Assembly (NCBI GenBank): GCA_951406725.2
Contig: OX597822.1
Span: 31,744,001 to 31,808,000 of the forward strand
Direction: 5' to 3'
DNA length: 64,000 nucleotides
From: Octopus vulgaris
Taxonomy: Eukaryota
The translations under genes were made by a program, and so were the position numbers. Positions 1-11,475 of the stretch are shown here, piece after piece. The notes under the pieces were generated by a model. It saw only the letters and a list, made by a program, of their open reading frames with translations. It ran no database searches and was not told where the DNA came from. How positions within the stretch are numbered: the first letter of the stretch is position 1; each line of letters opens with the position of its first letter.

Positions 1-151
1 TATATATATATATATATATATATCAGGAGGTTTGGAGGTGAAGAATCTGCTAGAGTAGATGCATGGGCTATTAGAAGATTTATAAAAAACATGTGACATA
101 TTAATAAAAATCTACACATGTACAACCATCCAGATCTCCGAGTATCTTATT

Positions 152-192
<41 letters not shown>

Positions 193-266
193 ATGTGTGT
201 GTGTTTGTGTGTGTGTTTATATGTATATGTATTTATATGTAGAAATGTATATGTGTATGTGTATAC

Positions 267-298
<32 letters not shown>

Positions 299-334
299 GT
301 GTGTATATATACATGTATATAAGGTGTCCTTCTA

Positions 335-505
335 TATGTGTTTGTTCGACACCACCTATTGAGAACGGTGTTGGTTTGCTTACGTTCCCATTTGTTCCGT
401 TCGATAAACGATATCGATAGAATAAGTATCAGGCTTTATAAGAATAAGTACAGAGGTCGATTTGCCTGATTAGATTCTTACCGAGGTGCCCAAGCATGAT
501 AGCAT
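335..505 (+). mobile_element. Degenerate 3' half of SINE family A
   Basis: Contains GATAGAATAAGTATCAGGCTT..AGAATAAGTAC..GGTCGATTTG..GGTGCCCAAGCATG, matching the 3' half of the copy at 1201-1632. Confidence 0.7.
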
Positions 506-1200
506 TTTAAGGAGAGAATAAAACTAAAAGATGTAATATATACGTGTATACACAGGTACGCATATGCAAACACACACACAGATACAAACATAGATGTGTG
601 TATGTGTATATATATATACACTGATATTTTGAAATGATATAATACGCACGTCCTAGGTTTGGATAGTATATAACAGGAAATGTTTCTATTACATATTTCA
701 CCGTTTCAAACGTATTTCTGAAATATAATTTACTCGAGCCGAAAATTTTGTAACCGTACACCGTTTACAAGCGTCTCACGAAATATATACATATATGTGT
801 GTGTATGTGTGTGTTTGTAAGTTTGTGGGTGTAAATTTGTGTGTGTGTGTGTGTCTGAGTATAGAAATAATATAGCTATATTCAATTATTGTACAGACAA
901 TGAAATATGTGACATAATATATGGCAATATTTAGGTACATACCGTTCATTATATTTGTTCGTTTCTGTCAAATTTCCTTTCTGTGTTTTTTTTTTTCTTT
1001 CTCTTTACTCTTTCACTTTCTGTCTTTCTCACGTTAGGTATTTTGCAAAAGATTTGATTAGTTTTGTAGACTATTTGTCAATGTAATATTTCATATATGA
1101 ATGTAGTGTCCTAAGCAACGTAAAATTTGTCAATGAAACGTGGTTGTAATAAGACTGAACATATATACATACATTTAGAATCCGAGGGTGGAACATATAA

Positions 1201-1376
1201 GCGCAGGAGTGGACGTGTGGTAAGTAGCTTGCTTACCAACCACATGGTTCTGGGTTCAGTCCCATTGCGTGGCACCTTGGGCATGTGTCTTCTACTATAG
1301 CTTCGGAGCGTCCAAAGCCTTGTGAGTGGATTTGGTAGACGGAAACTGAAAGAAGCCTGTCGTATAAATGTATGTG

Positions 1377-1446
<70 letters not shown>

Positions 1447-1632
1447 AATGTGTATATGTTTGTGTCTGTGATTGTTCCACAAAATCGCTTGACACCCGAT
1501 GCTGGTGTGTTTATTTCCACGTAAATTAGCGGTTCGGCAAAATAGACAGATAGAATTAGTACTAGTCTTGCAAAAAATAAGTCCTGGGGTCGATTTGCTC
1601 GATTAAAGGCGGTTCTCCACAATGGCCGCAGT
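1201..1632 (+). mobile_element. tRNA-derived SINE family A, near full length, with internal (TA)n(TG)n tract
   Basis: Head GCGCAGGAGTGG..GTGTGGTAAG (A-box-like) and GGTTCAGTCCC (B-box-like); body GGTAGACGGAAACTGAAAGAAGCC; more than 12 homologous copies in the window. Confidence 0.9.
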
Positions 1633-1812
1633 TACATATATATATATTTTGTGAAAAACACTGATATGCAAAATTAAGGCGATTAAACACATCAACGATC
1701 TAAATATTATGAGTGAAAGGAAACGAAGCAAACCAACACAATGAGGCTTACACCCGAATGATTATATGCATGTGTGCACATAACAACACGTAGATATATA
1801 CGTACATAGAAG

Positions 1813-1845
<33 letters not shown>

Positions 1846-1846
<1 letters not shown>

Positions 1847-2010
1847 GGCGTAGGAGTGATTGTGTAGTAAGTAGCTTGCTTACCAACCACATGGTTCTGG
1901 GTTCAGTCCCACTGCGTGGCATCTTGGGCAAGTGTCTTCTACTATAGCCTCGGGCCGACCAGAGCTTTGTGAGTGGACTTGGTAGACGGAAACTAAAAGA
2001 AGCCCGTCGT
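1846..2010 (+). mobile_element. SINE family A, 5' half
   Basis: Highly similar to 1201-1365; ends in a microsatellite. Confidence 0.9.
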
Positions 2011-2074
2011 ATATATGTATATATATATATGTGTGTGTGTGTATATATATATACATATATATATATACTGTATA

Positions 2075-2117
<43 letters not shown>

Positions 2118-2242
2118 ATATATATATACACACACACATATATATATATATATGTATATATATATACACACACACACATATATATATATACATATATACG
2201 ACGGGCTTCTTTTATATATATATGTGTGTATATATATATATA

Positions 2243-2278
<36 letters not shown>

Positions 2279-3040
2279 CATAGATATATATATATATATG
2301 TATATATTTACATGCATACATGCACACACGTATATATATGCATGTATATACAAACATATATATGCGTGTGTGTTTGTATACATATACAATATATTTGTTT
2401 ATTGTCCATAGATCGGAATCAGATATTCTTTGAATAAAACACACTTAGCAGTGCTCAAGAGAATTAAACTTGAGCAGGTAAAGAAATGAATGTAGGGACA
2501 AGCACGCTGGACATGTCAAAATATAACGTTCTACAGTATTAATACAAGAAATAAAAAAAAAATTGCGATTATAGTAAAGCTTCCTATGTTGATCGGTCTC
2601 ATTTATTCGTATATCTGTATGTGTATGTGTCTGTGTATACATGTATGCATGCATGTACATACATATATACATACAAATATGAACAAATACATATATATAT
2701 ATATATACGTATACATATGTATGTGAGTGTGTGATTTTTTTTAAAAGATATATACTGATACTTGTGCAGTCACACATAAACAAATGAAAACCTTAGACAC
2801 GTACCGGCTTATATATTGAATGATATATTTATTTGTGTAAGAAATGTAAAAGAAATAAGTGAAAAATATGGCAAAAATTTCGTGTCAACAATACAGATCA
2901 AACGTTTTAATATTGTACTCCGAAATACTTTAAATAGCAGTTATTCTTGCATGAGTATGCATTCATGTACACATACATACACACATACATACATACATAC
3001 ATATATATTTATGTATGTATGTATGCATATGTATACATAC

Positions 3041-3101
<61 letters not shown>

Positions 3102-3156
3102 AATATATATGTATATGTAAATATACACACATATATATGTATGCATATGTATATAC

Positions 3157-3194
<38 letters not shown>

Positions 3195-3605
3195 GTAGGT
3201 ATGTACAGGCATACATATATATATATATATATACATGACAGTTAGCTAGACAGATGCATAAAAATTCACACATTCACTCATACCCATACATATTTATATA
3301 TGCATGCATATATGCCTATGTCTATATCTCTCTCTATCTATATATGTATATATATATACATACACACACATATATATATACCTGAGTTGATGTTTTGAAC
3401 TATTTGTACTACTATGTATCGTTCTCTTAATTAACCTTTGGGGCCTACTTATACATATATGTATGTACGCAAATATTTGCATTAATATTTTAATGCACGT
3501 GCAAATGTTGATATAATAATCCTCTTATACGTAAAAAGAGTGTGAAACAGCTGTAAAGCAATGGAATGAACACCTGTTCACTCACCTCGCTTCTCTTACC
3601 TCTGC

Positions 3606-3643
<38 letters not shown>

Positions 3644-4206
3644 CATTGTGCTACTGAGTAGGCAGAGTATGCCCGGCTGCGCCGCTGGCAGTGTACACCA
3701 AAGTCAAACAGAGATACGTGACATTATGATTTCTCTGGTCTGTTTGTGTGTCTTGTGCTGAAGTTCATCGCAGATCTTCGGCGCAATGTGAACAGAACGC
3801 TTTACCGCGTAAAAATGTTTTCAGAAGTACATTTTTGGAAGTACGATCTACGTTCAGCGTATTATATACAGTTATATAATTATGAACTGAAACCATCAAA
3901 GAAGTAAGATATATTATCAAAGAGAAGATGAAGTTGTATGTCAAATTTATATATCGGAAATAGCACATGACTACAATTATCTCTAAACGAAGTGATACGA
4001 TCGTTTGCTATCCGTATATATGGTAATGATAAGCTACAATAATGGCGAAATATCAGTATCTACCATTCTTGATGATCAGATCTGGATTTCCTCGCTTGTT
4101 TAACATCCGGTGCAACGTAGAGAGCTTTCATGGGACGCCATCTTGCGACAAAATTGGTCTGTAAACGAAACATATACACTATGTATGTGCGACCAATAAT
4201 GTTAAC

Positions 4207-4362
4207 ATTGCTACAGTTGCTTTTCCTTTGGATAACATCGGTGGCGTGGAGAGATGAGGCTGGTATGCATGGGAGACTGCTGGTCTTCCATAAACAAACT
4301 TGACTGGGAAGATAATACCCTAGGTGCCATCCCACAGTCAGTCATGACCGAAGGGCTCTCAG
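4207..4362 (+). mobile_element. SINE family D, 3' part
   Basis: Reverse-complement homologous to about 6160-6330; both give the spurious peptide LFMEDQQSP..RHRCYP in the ORF track. Confidence 0.75.
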
Positions 4363-4383
4363 CATGTATACACACACACGCGC

Positions 4384-4434
<51 letters not shown>

Positions 4435-4523
4435 TGCATACATAACACACACACACGCACACACACACATATATATATATATAATATATATTATATATAT
4501 ATTATATATATAATATAATATAT

Positions 4524-4554
<31 letters not shown>

Positions 4555-5467
4555 AAAATAAATAAATATATATATATACGCATATATATATGATATAATA
4601 ATATAATATAACAATATAATATATGTGTATTGCACCCACAATATACTTTTAGTCGTTCTTGTTGTTAAAATGTATTCACTGTAGATTGTTAGATTAGAAG
4701 TAAAATCCCAGGCATACATTTGCACCAAAACTATTTAGTTAAACGTAAAATAACATATTTGACATAGTAAGCTTAAGCTAAAACATTTTAAAGTAAACAA
4801 ACATTTTCTTGGCACATTACATTGAATACATTAGTCCCCATTAAATGAATTAGGTGGCAAAGTTAAGTCTACAATGCCGGGTTAATACCACCCTTCCGTT
4901 TTAACTTCTTGTAACAGCTGACATTTCCAACTTGACGAATAATCTGGAGCTAAATGTAGTAAGCCAACTAAGCTGTGCTTAATGCATTACATATAAAGCA
5001 AATAAAGCTTGAAATTAACTATTAAGGTTTCTGGGAGGTTTTCCATTTCTCTCTTTGTTTGTGTATCTAAAATGATTTCAAAATATGAATTTCTACTTGT
5101 TTCAGATATCTGTAGGGTTTTTAATGCGTTAGGAAAGAACAAATAAGCTGAGCATTGTATAGAATGCGAAATGTGTGTATGTATGAATATCTATATGTAC
5201 GTAAGTATAAACCTACATACCAACCTACACTCGCAAAACATATATATATTGTACTCTGTATGAGTTTACTCTAACTATATATATACATATCTATATATTT
5301 ATACATGGATATTCATCGTCTGAATGTTTTCCGTCTTCGCTTTCTGTCTATTTATACCCATACATGTTTCTTTGTTTTATATTTCTATTGCAAAATCAAT
5401 TTTATTTCTTTATTTGCATCATTATCTGTCAATCTGCCTCTCTCTCTTTTACTTTCTCCCTCTCTCA

Positions 5468-5504
<37 letters not shown>

Positions 5505-5530
5505 TTTCTCTCTCTTTATATATATATATA

Positions 5531-6085
5531 CAGGATGCGGTGAATAAACTGTCGTCTAAATTAGGTAAAGATAAAAATAACACTCACATGTCATTTTCAA
5601 AAATATACTTACCAAAATTACATCAAAATATCTTGAAACACTAAAGAGTAAATTAATTTGATATAATCGCCATTGGCTTCCACAACGGCCTCGATCGGTC
5701 TCCTTCAAGTTGGTGAATATTGCCATAATCATTGCTTTCAGTTCATCTTTGGTGTTACAAGGAGTTTTGTTAACCTCTCACTTAGCTGCACCCCACACAT
5801 AATAATCAAGGTGGTTGCAGACTGCGGAGTTAGGTGGGCAGATGTTAGGGTTAATGTAGTCGCAGAAATTGTCTGACAGCCGTGACTGCGTTCTCCTGCT
5901 TGTGTGGCACGGTGCAGTGTCCTGTTGCCAGACAAAGGGTCTTCGAGCAGCTACCCACTTGACCCAGGGCAGCACTACCTCCTCTAGGTACTTGAAGTAG
6001 GCATCCGTGTTGAGTCTGTGGCCGAGTGGGGAGATGAATGGAGGCATAACGTCGCCATCACTAGTGATCACTCCAAACACAATGA
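5531..6085 (-). mobile_element. Tc1/mariner DD37D (maT-like) transposon relic, 3' part with terminus
   Basis: ORF 5778-6080 has WQQDTAPCH..PPNSAVCNHLDYYVWG with 37 residues between the two Asp; terminus CAGGATGCGG follows TA at 5529-5530; stop codon shortly after YVWG. Confidence 0.85.
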
Positions 6086-6159
6086 TATTTGCACGTATAG
6101 ATCCAAGATAAGTCGATTTTAAATCCCCTCACGACAGCAACGTGTATATTATAAGAATG

Positions 6160-6477
6160 CTGTGACCCCCTTCGATCATGACTGACTATGGGATTGCACC
6201 TAGAAAGTTACCCGCCAAGGCACAAAACCGGGCAGGTTTGTTTATGGAAGACCAGCAGTCACCCATTCATACCAGGCTCCCCTCTTCACGCCACCGATGT
6301 TATCCAAGGGAAATGAAAAGGCCGATACAGCTTGGCACCTGTGACGTCGTAACTCATTGCTACAGCTGAGTGAACTCGAGCAACGTGAAATAAAATGTCT
6401 TGCTCAAGAATACAACACACAGTCCGGTGCGGGATTCGAACACACAACCTCACGATCGTAAGCTCGAGCCATGCGCA
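6160..6477 (-). mobile_element. tRNA-derived SINE family D (CORE-SINE-like)
   Basis: Minus strand has B-box-like GTTCGAATCCC then TCTTGAGCAAGACATTTTATTTCACGTTGCTC; second copy at 4207-4362. Confidence 0.75.
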
Positions 6478-6784
6478 TTCTCATTATAAGAATAACCAAG
6501 CAGTAAATGCTATTCCGGTCATTTATTGATTTATAATAAAATATAAGGATAAAAATCACGTTAATTATTTAATCAGGTAGTCAGCATGCTATGAAACTTT
6601 ATAGGCAATTTATACATTAAATTAATAATAATATACATATTTATATAACTATATTAATGTAGCAAAGGCGAAAATGGCCTAACCCCAGCATACTTGAAGT
6701 GCCGATTCCTTCTAAAATCTACAAAAACCTCCAGAAAAACATACACATGGATGAAAGCGGGATAGTGAAAGAATTTTATATGTG

Positions 6785-6833
<49 letters not shown>

Positions 6834-7003
6834 CCTTCGAAAACAGGTGACAACTGATGAAGGGAATGTTCTTTACGTTGCCCGTCTCGATTCTCTATTT
6901 GTTTCTTTCATCATTCGAAAATAAGTTCGTTTTCCATGCATTTGTTTTAATGTGCTCGTTTCTCATTTTGTTTACGTTATTGGACATCGTCTACCCATAT
7001 AAG
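6834..7003 (+). mobile_element. Repeat family H1 (probably PLE-terminal) with hammerhead core boxes CCTTCGAAA..CTGATGA
   Basis: Homologous to 18226-18410 (+) and 53990-54200 (-); flanked by (TA)n and (CA)n. Confidence 0.7.
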
Positions 7004-7021
7004 CACACACACTCACACACA

Positions 7022-7103
<82 letters not shown>

Positions 7104-7226
7104 TACTGAGAGAAAATTTAATACATACAAGACAGGTAAACACTACCAATTCGTTCACTAACTATACACATTACACACCAATACAACGTTACAGTAAGGA
7201 AACATACTCAGGCCGAAAGTACAGGC

Positions 7227-7308
<82 letters not shown>

Positions 7309-7399
7309 ATACAAAAATAATTGGCCAAGGCAATAAACTACATGCCAAAACTCATAGACACACGTAAGACAATATACTACTGCTCATAACACAATAAAT

Positions 7400-7745
7400 T
7401 GTCTCAATTAGAATAAATAAGCCAGGCAATAAATATAAGAATGACGATGTCCTCTGGTACAATCTTAATCCACGGTTTACATGTTTCAACGAAGATCACT
7501 GGGGAACTTTTAACCACTTTAGACAAATGTTTCCCAAAATCAAATAGATACCACCCTGTACTTAATAGGCATACAATTAGTTTTCACGCTAACTCTATTA
7601 ATTTAGAGCAGCATATGCACTTCATTAATAACAATAAAATGAACCAATTATTCAATAAACCTCCTACGTACGGATTACTTTCTGCTCGACATATTGAAAA
7701 GACAGCAAGCATATATATCAAAATATCAAGAAAGGCGGTATAAAC
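7400..7745 (+). mobile_element. Degenerate Penelope-like element ORF fragment (between RT and GIY-YIG)
   Basis: ORF 7441-7743 VSTKITGELLTTLDKCFPKSNRYHPVLNRHTISF resembles the PLE block TNIG..FL.L.DKHFP....HKIFNR.T.K.SY (recognised from memory). Confidence 0.6.
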
Positions 7746-8894
7746 CAGTATGAAAAACAACTGCTGTGACCATATCGTGATAGTAGCAATAACAATGCTG
7801 TAGTCAACGCGGTAACAGTGTCGGAAAATAATACGTTTACACTAGGACAACGACTGATTCATTCAAGAATTGATGTCGCAAACATGTCGCAAGTTTCAAG
7901 AAAATCAGCAAGAGGCACATAACATCTTTGGCTGATATCGTGTGGCGACTGAAGGTTCGCGTTTAGGAGTGCAGCTTTGTGTATTACACTAATAATCGTA
8001 AGACTGTAGTTTCGATTTTTGGACCCGGCGATGTGTTCTTTTCTTATACATAACACTTCATTTGACGTTGAAAACGGCTTTGTGAGCATGTCGCTTAGGA
8101 AGGACCCTTGGTACTTGTTTTGATATATATATGTTTGTATTTGCGTCGTGTACTTAGAAACAGTCATACACACACGCACACACACACACACACACACACA
8201 TACATACATACATACATACATACATACATACATACATACACACATGCATACATGCATACATGCATACATACATACATACACACATGCATACATGCATACA
8301 TACATACATACATACATACATACGAAAATTTAGTTCCTACCAAAATACAGAAAATAATCTATGTGGGAGTAGTGTTATGCATTTGAATCAACTTGAAGCT
8401 AAAAATATCAGAATCCTTTTTCTTGTCGTTTCAAAACTTTGAAGAAACAGGATTGCTTATGTGTGCTTGACTTAGCAAAAGCATCTCCATTCATCCATAC
8501 ATAATACGCGTCCTTTCATCTTACCGCATTTTTTTTCTTGCGATTTGGAATAATTCGTTCAATTGTGCATGTTGTATACGGTTGAATAAGGAAGATGAAA
8601 GGTTTCATGAATTCTTACTTCATTATTGTCATGCTTAATTTATATAACAACTGCTTGTTTGAATTCTCCATATCGTTCTTGGAAAATTATTAATAACGGT
8701 AGAGCTCTTGTTGATTCCCAGTTACTTCATTATTATGTTACATATAAAGATATCGTATTGTCTTTCTGGTCACAAAATTATTTAAAAGCATTTTTTTCTT
8801 CTGTAGCGTACATATTTTATTCTTAAATACCGGTAGTTTAAATAGATATAAATTTTTCTTCTTTATTTCAGCTAGAGGGTTGGATGTTTAGAAT

Positions 8895-9000
8895 CTTGAT
8901 TATTATGTGTGGGGTGCAGTTGAGTGAGAGGTTAACAAAACTATTTGTATCACCAAAAATGAACTGAAGGCAAAGATTATGGAAATATTCACTAACTTTA
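8895..9000 (+). mobile_element. Second fragment of the DD37D mariner-like element
   Basis: CTTGATTATTATGTGTGGGGTGCAG..GAGAGGTTAACAAAAC..CACCAAA..TGAACTGAA matches the reverse complement of about 5720-5810. Confidence 0.8.
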
Positions 9001-9019
9001 AAATGTAATATATTTTTTA

Positions 9020-9665
9020 GTTATTTACGTTCGGAGTTCAAATCTCGCCGATGATAATTTAGTCTCTTCAGAACGATAAAATAAAGTACCATTTAGAAAC
9101 TATGGCGATAAAATCGACTCTTCAGCTCCCTGTCCATTTGGCTTTGAGCTTGTGAAAGAATAAATTTTTTATTATCTTGAATGTTTTGGGAATGCTAGTG
9201 ATTCCTCGTATGTGAGATTTTAGTAATTGACCCATATATGCTTGCATTATTTATGCAAGGTATGAGCAGTGAGCACAAGAGTCGATATTGTCGACTTACC
9301 CCTCGTCCGGAATTGCTGGTGTTAAACCAGAGTTTGAAGCCGTAAGAATTACTTAGTTGTATTTATTCCGACATTACTTTCAGGGTTCAAATTCCACTGG
9401 GGTCGACTTTACCTTTCACCATTTCCAGGGAATTACCAGTTTAGCACTGGTGTCGATGTAATCCACTTCCGCATCCTTCAAAATTCCTGGCCGTATGCCA
9501 AAATATAAAAGGTCAGTTTACGCAAGAGATTCTGCGTTCAACTCCCGCCGAGGTCAATTTTGACTTTTATCCTTAGCGGTTGATGAAATAATATTATTCA
9601 GATACTATAATCACTAAAGAACTCCTAAATTGACTGTCCTGTGCCAAAATTTGAGACCAATATTT
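9020..9665 (+). mobile_element. Cluster of old tandem SINE family B units
   Basis: Repeated degenerate GTTCAAAT..GGTCGACTTT.CCTTTCA..GTCGATGTAATC..GTGCCAAAATTTGA units. Confidence 0.7.
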
Positions 9666-9699
9666 ATGGAAGACTTTATTGGCATCATTTCTTAAGTCT

Positions 9700-10600
9700 C
9701 TGTAAAATTATCATGTAGAACGTGAATTTTCACTTCAACTGTTATGGACTTTCTCACTGGATTTCCAAGTTTCTTTTACATTTAATTTTGTTAAGTTTCC
9801 TTTAGTTGTTATTGATATTTCTTATTGCTTACGGCGAGCTTTTTATCATTTTTAAATATATCACATTTGTTTTTGAATTCAAATATACTTATTTACAGCG
9901 CAGACGTTTTCAATCTTATTTTATCGAGGGACTATTTTTACTTCTTTATGTTTCGATTTAGTTTCTATTTTGCATTTTTCCCTAAATATTCTTATTTTCA
10001 ATAAATTGTTTATTTCTGTTTTCAAATCTTGTTATCCATTGGGCTTTAGCAACAATTAACTGTATTTATACTGTTATTCTGCCATATTTTTAATTTTTTA
10101 AATTCTTTCTTCTGTTTTCTTTAACTAAGTTGACGTTGCATTTCTATATATTTTGATAAGTAGTTTCTATTTTTGGCTAATCTTTGTGTATTTTATTCCC
10201 CGAAAGGAAATCTCTGTCCTATATTTACGTAATGTTTTTTTTTTCTATTTATCCATAGTGTTACTTAATTAGATTACCTTTTCCATAATGTATGATTTAC
10301 AAACGCCATTTTTCTTTCATCGTTTAATTTGTTGAAAATATACTGAATATGCTGTATTCCCTTATCTGTATTTGCTACATGTTTTAACACTTCTTATTAG
10401 TGCTTATTGTCGGTCTCGGTGCATTTTACTTCAAATATTTACAGTTTATTTAATTTTTTCTAGAGAGTAATCGAAGCTACTTCTGTTGTTATTATCACTT
10501 GTATTCATTAGAATGTTGTATGTTAGATTTTTAAATAACATTCTTCTTAGAGTACATCACAGATATATAAAAAGCACGCGTATATTTTGTTAATATTTGC
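9700..10600 (-). mobile_element. Highly decayed Penelope-like element ORF (C-terminal part)
   Basis: Minus strand reads fragments such as QRFPFGNKIHK and PMDNK resembling the PLE block seen at 7441; many stops and frameshifts. Confidence 0.4.
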
Positions 10601-10695
10601 TGAAAAGAGCATATAGTTTGTGGAGGTTTTTAACTTAATATTTGTTTTGTTCGTTTGTGGTGCTCTGGATACTATATTTTAAGAATAGTGATTTT

Positions 10696-10779
10696 GGTTC
10701 AAATAAGTATTTCTATTTCTATTTTTCCCTCCGTAAATTTGAGACAACAGTACGTGACATAGACTATCTGATGAAGGGC
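10696..10779 (+). ncRNA. Decayed hammerhead-like motif in non-circular strand order (family H3)
   Basis: TTCAAA-T-A / AGT(attt)CTAT ... CCCTCC-G(t)AAA-TTTGAG ... ATAGACT(at)-CTGATGA-AGGG; stems I, II and III can be paired by eye if two small insertions are allowed. Confidence 0.4.
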
Positions 10780-11002
10780 TGATATTCCTCCAGATTTTAA
10801 ATTCCAATTTATATTCTACTGTATGTAATAACTCACTCACACATGGTTATGAGAATTTTTTAGATTGAAGAACATCAATCTATAGGACATTACAAAGGGC
10901 TAGGTTCGATCTCAAAGAGCTCACACTGAAACGAAACAATATATAAACTTCAAATGTTGGATATGCTAGTTTATCTAATTTATAATAATGTATAAATGTG
11001 GT

Positions 11003-11258
11003 GTGGAGGCGCAATGGCCCAGTGGTTAGGGCAGCGGACTCGCGGTCATAGGATCGCGGTTTCGATTGGGTTGCACGTTTTGATCTTGAGCAAAACACTC
11101 ACTTTCTTGTTGCTTTCCAGCCCAGCCCCTCTGTCGATCAGGGGTGGGAGTGTTGGCCTACTTGCCTAGCCATTGGAGAGCTAAAACGATGCAAAGCGCT
11201 TCGTGATTACCGACGTGCAACAACATCTGACAGACTGCTTGGTCACGCTATTACGTAA
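11003..11258 (+). mobile_element. tRNA-derived SINE family C (tail type 1)
   Basis: Head GTGGAGGCGCAATGGCCCAGTGGTTAGGGCAGCGGACTCGCGGTC..GGTTTCGAT is tRNA-like; tail matches the copy at 53667-53971. Confidence 0.85.
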
Positions 11259-11270
11259 TACACACATACG

Positions 11271-11301
<31 letters not shown>

Positions 11302-11302
<1 letters not shown>

Positions 11303-11475
11303 AGTAAATGAAAGAATGGAGTTGAACGACGAATTAACAAAATGCCTTTATTTTCGACATATGTTTCGAAGGCTGCATATTCCTAATTTCGAAGGAATAT
11401 GCAGCCTTCGAAACATATGTCGAAAATAAAGGAATTTTGTTAATTCGTCGTTCAACTCCATTCTTTCATTTACTT
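11302..11475. repeat. Fold-back palindrome with 83-bp arms, 8-nt spacer and 1 mismatch
   Basis: 11302-11384 is the reverse complement of 11393-11475; each arm contains CCTTCGAAACATATGTCGAAAATAAA. Confidence 0.95.

Noticed and set aside
11003-11075. tRNA gene
   Set aside because: The tRNA-like head continues into a SINE body, lacks a paired acceptor stem, and diverged copies are dispersed.
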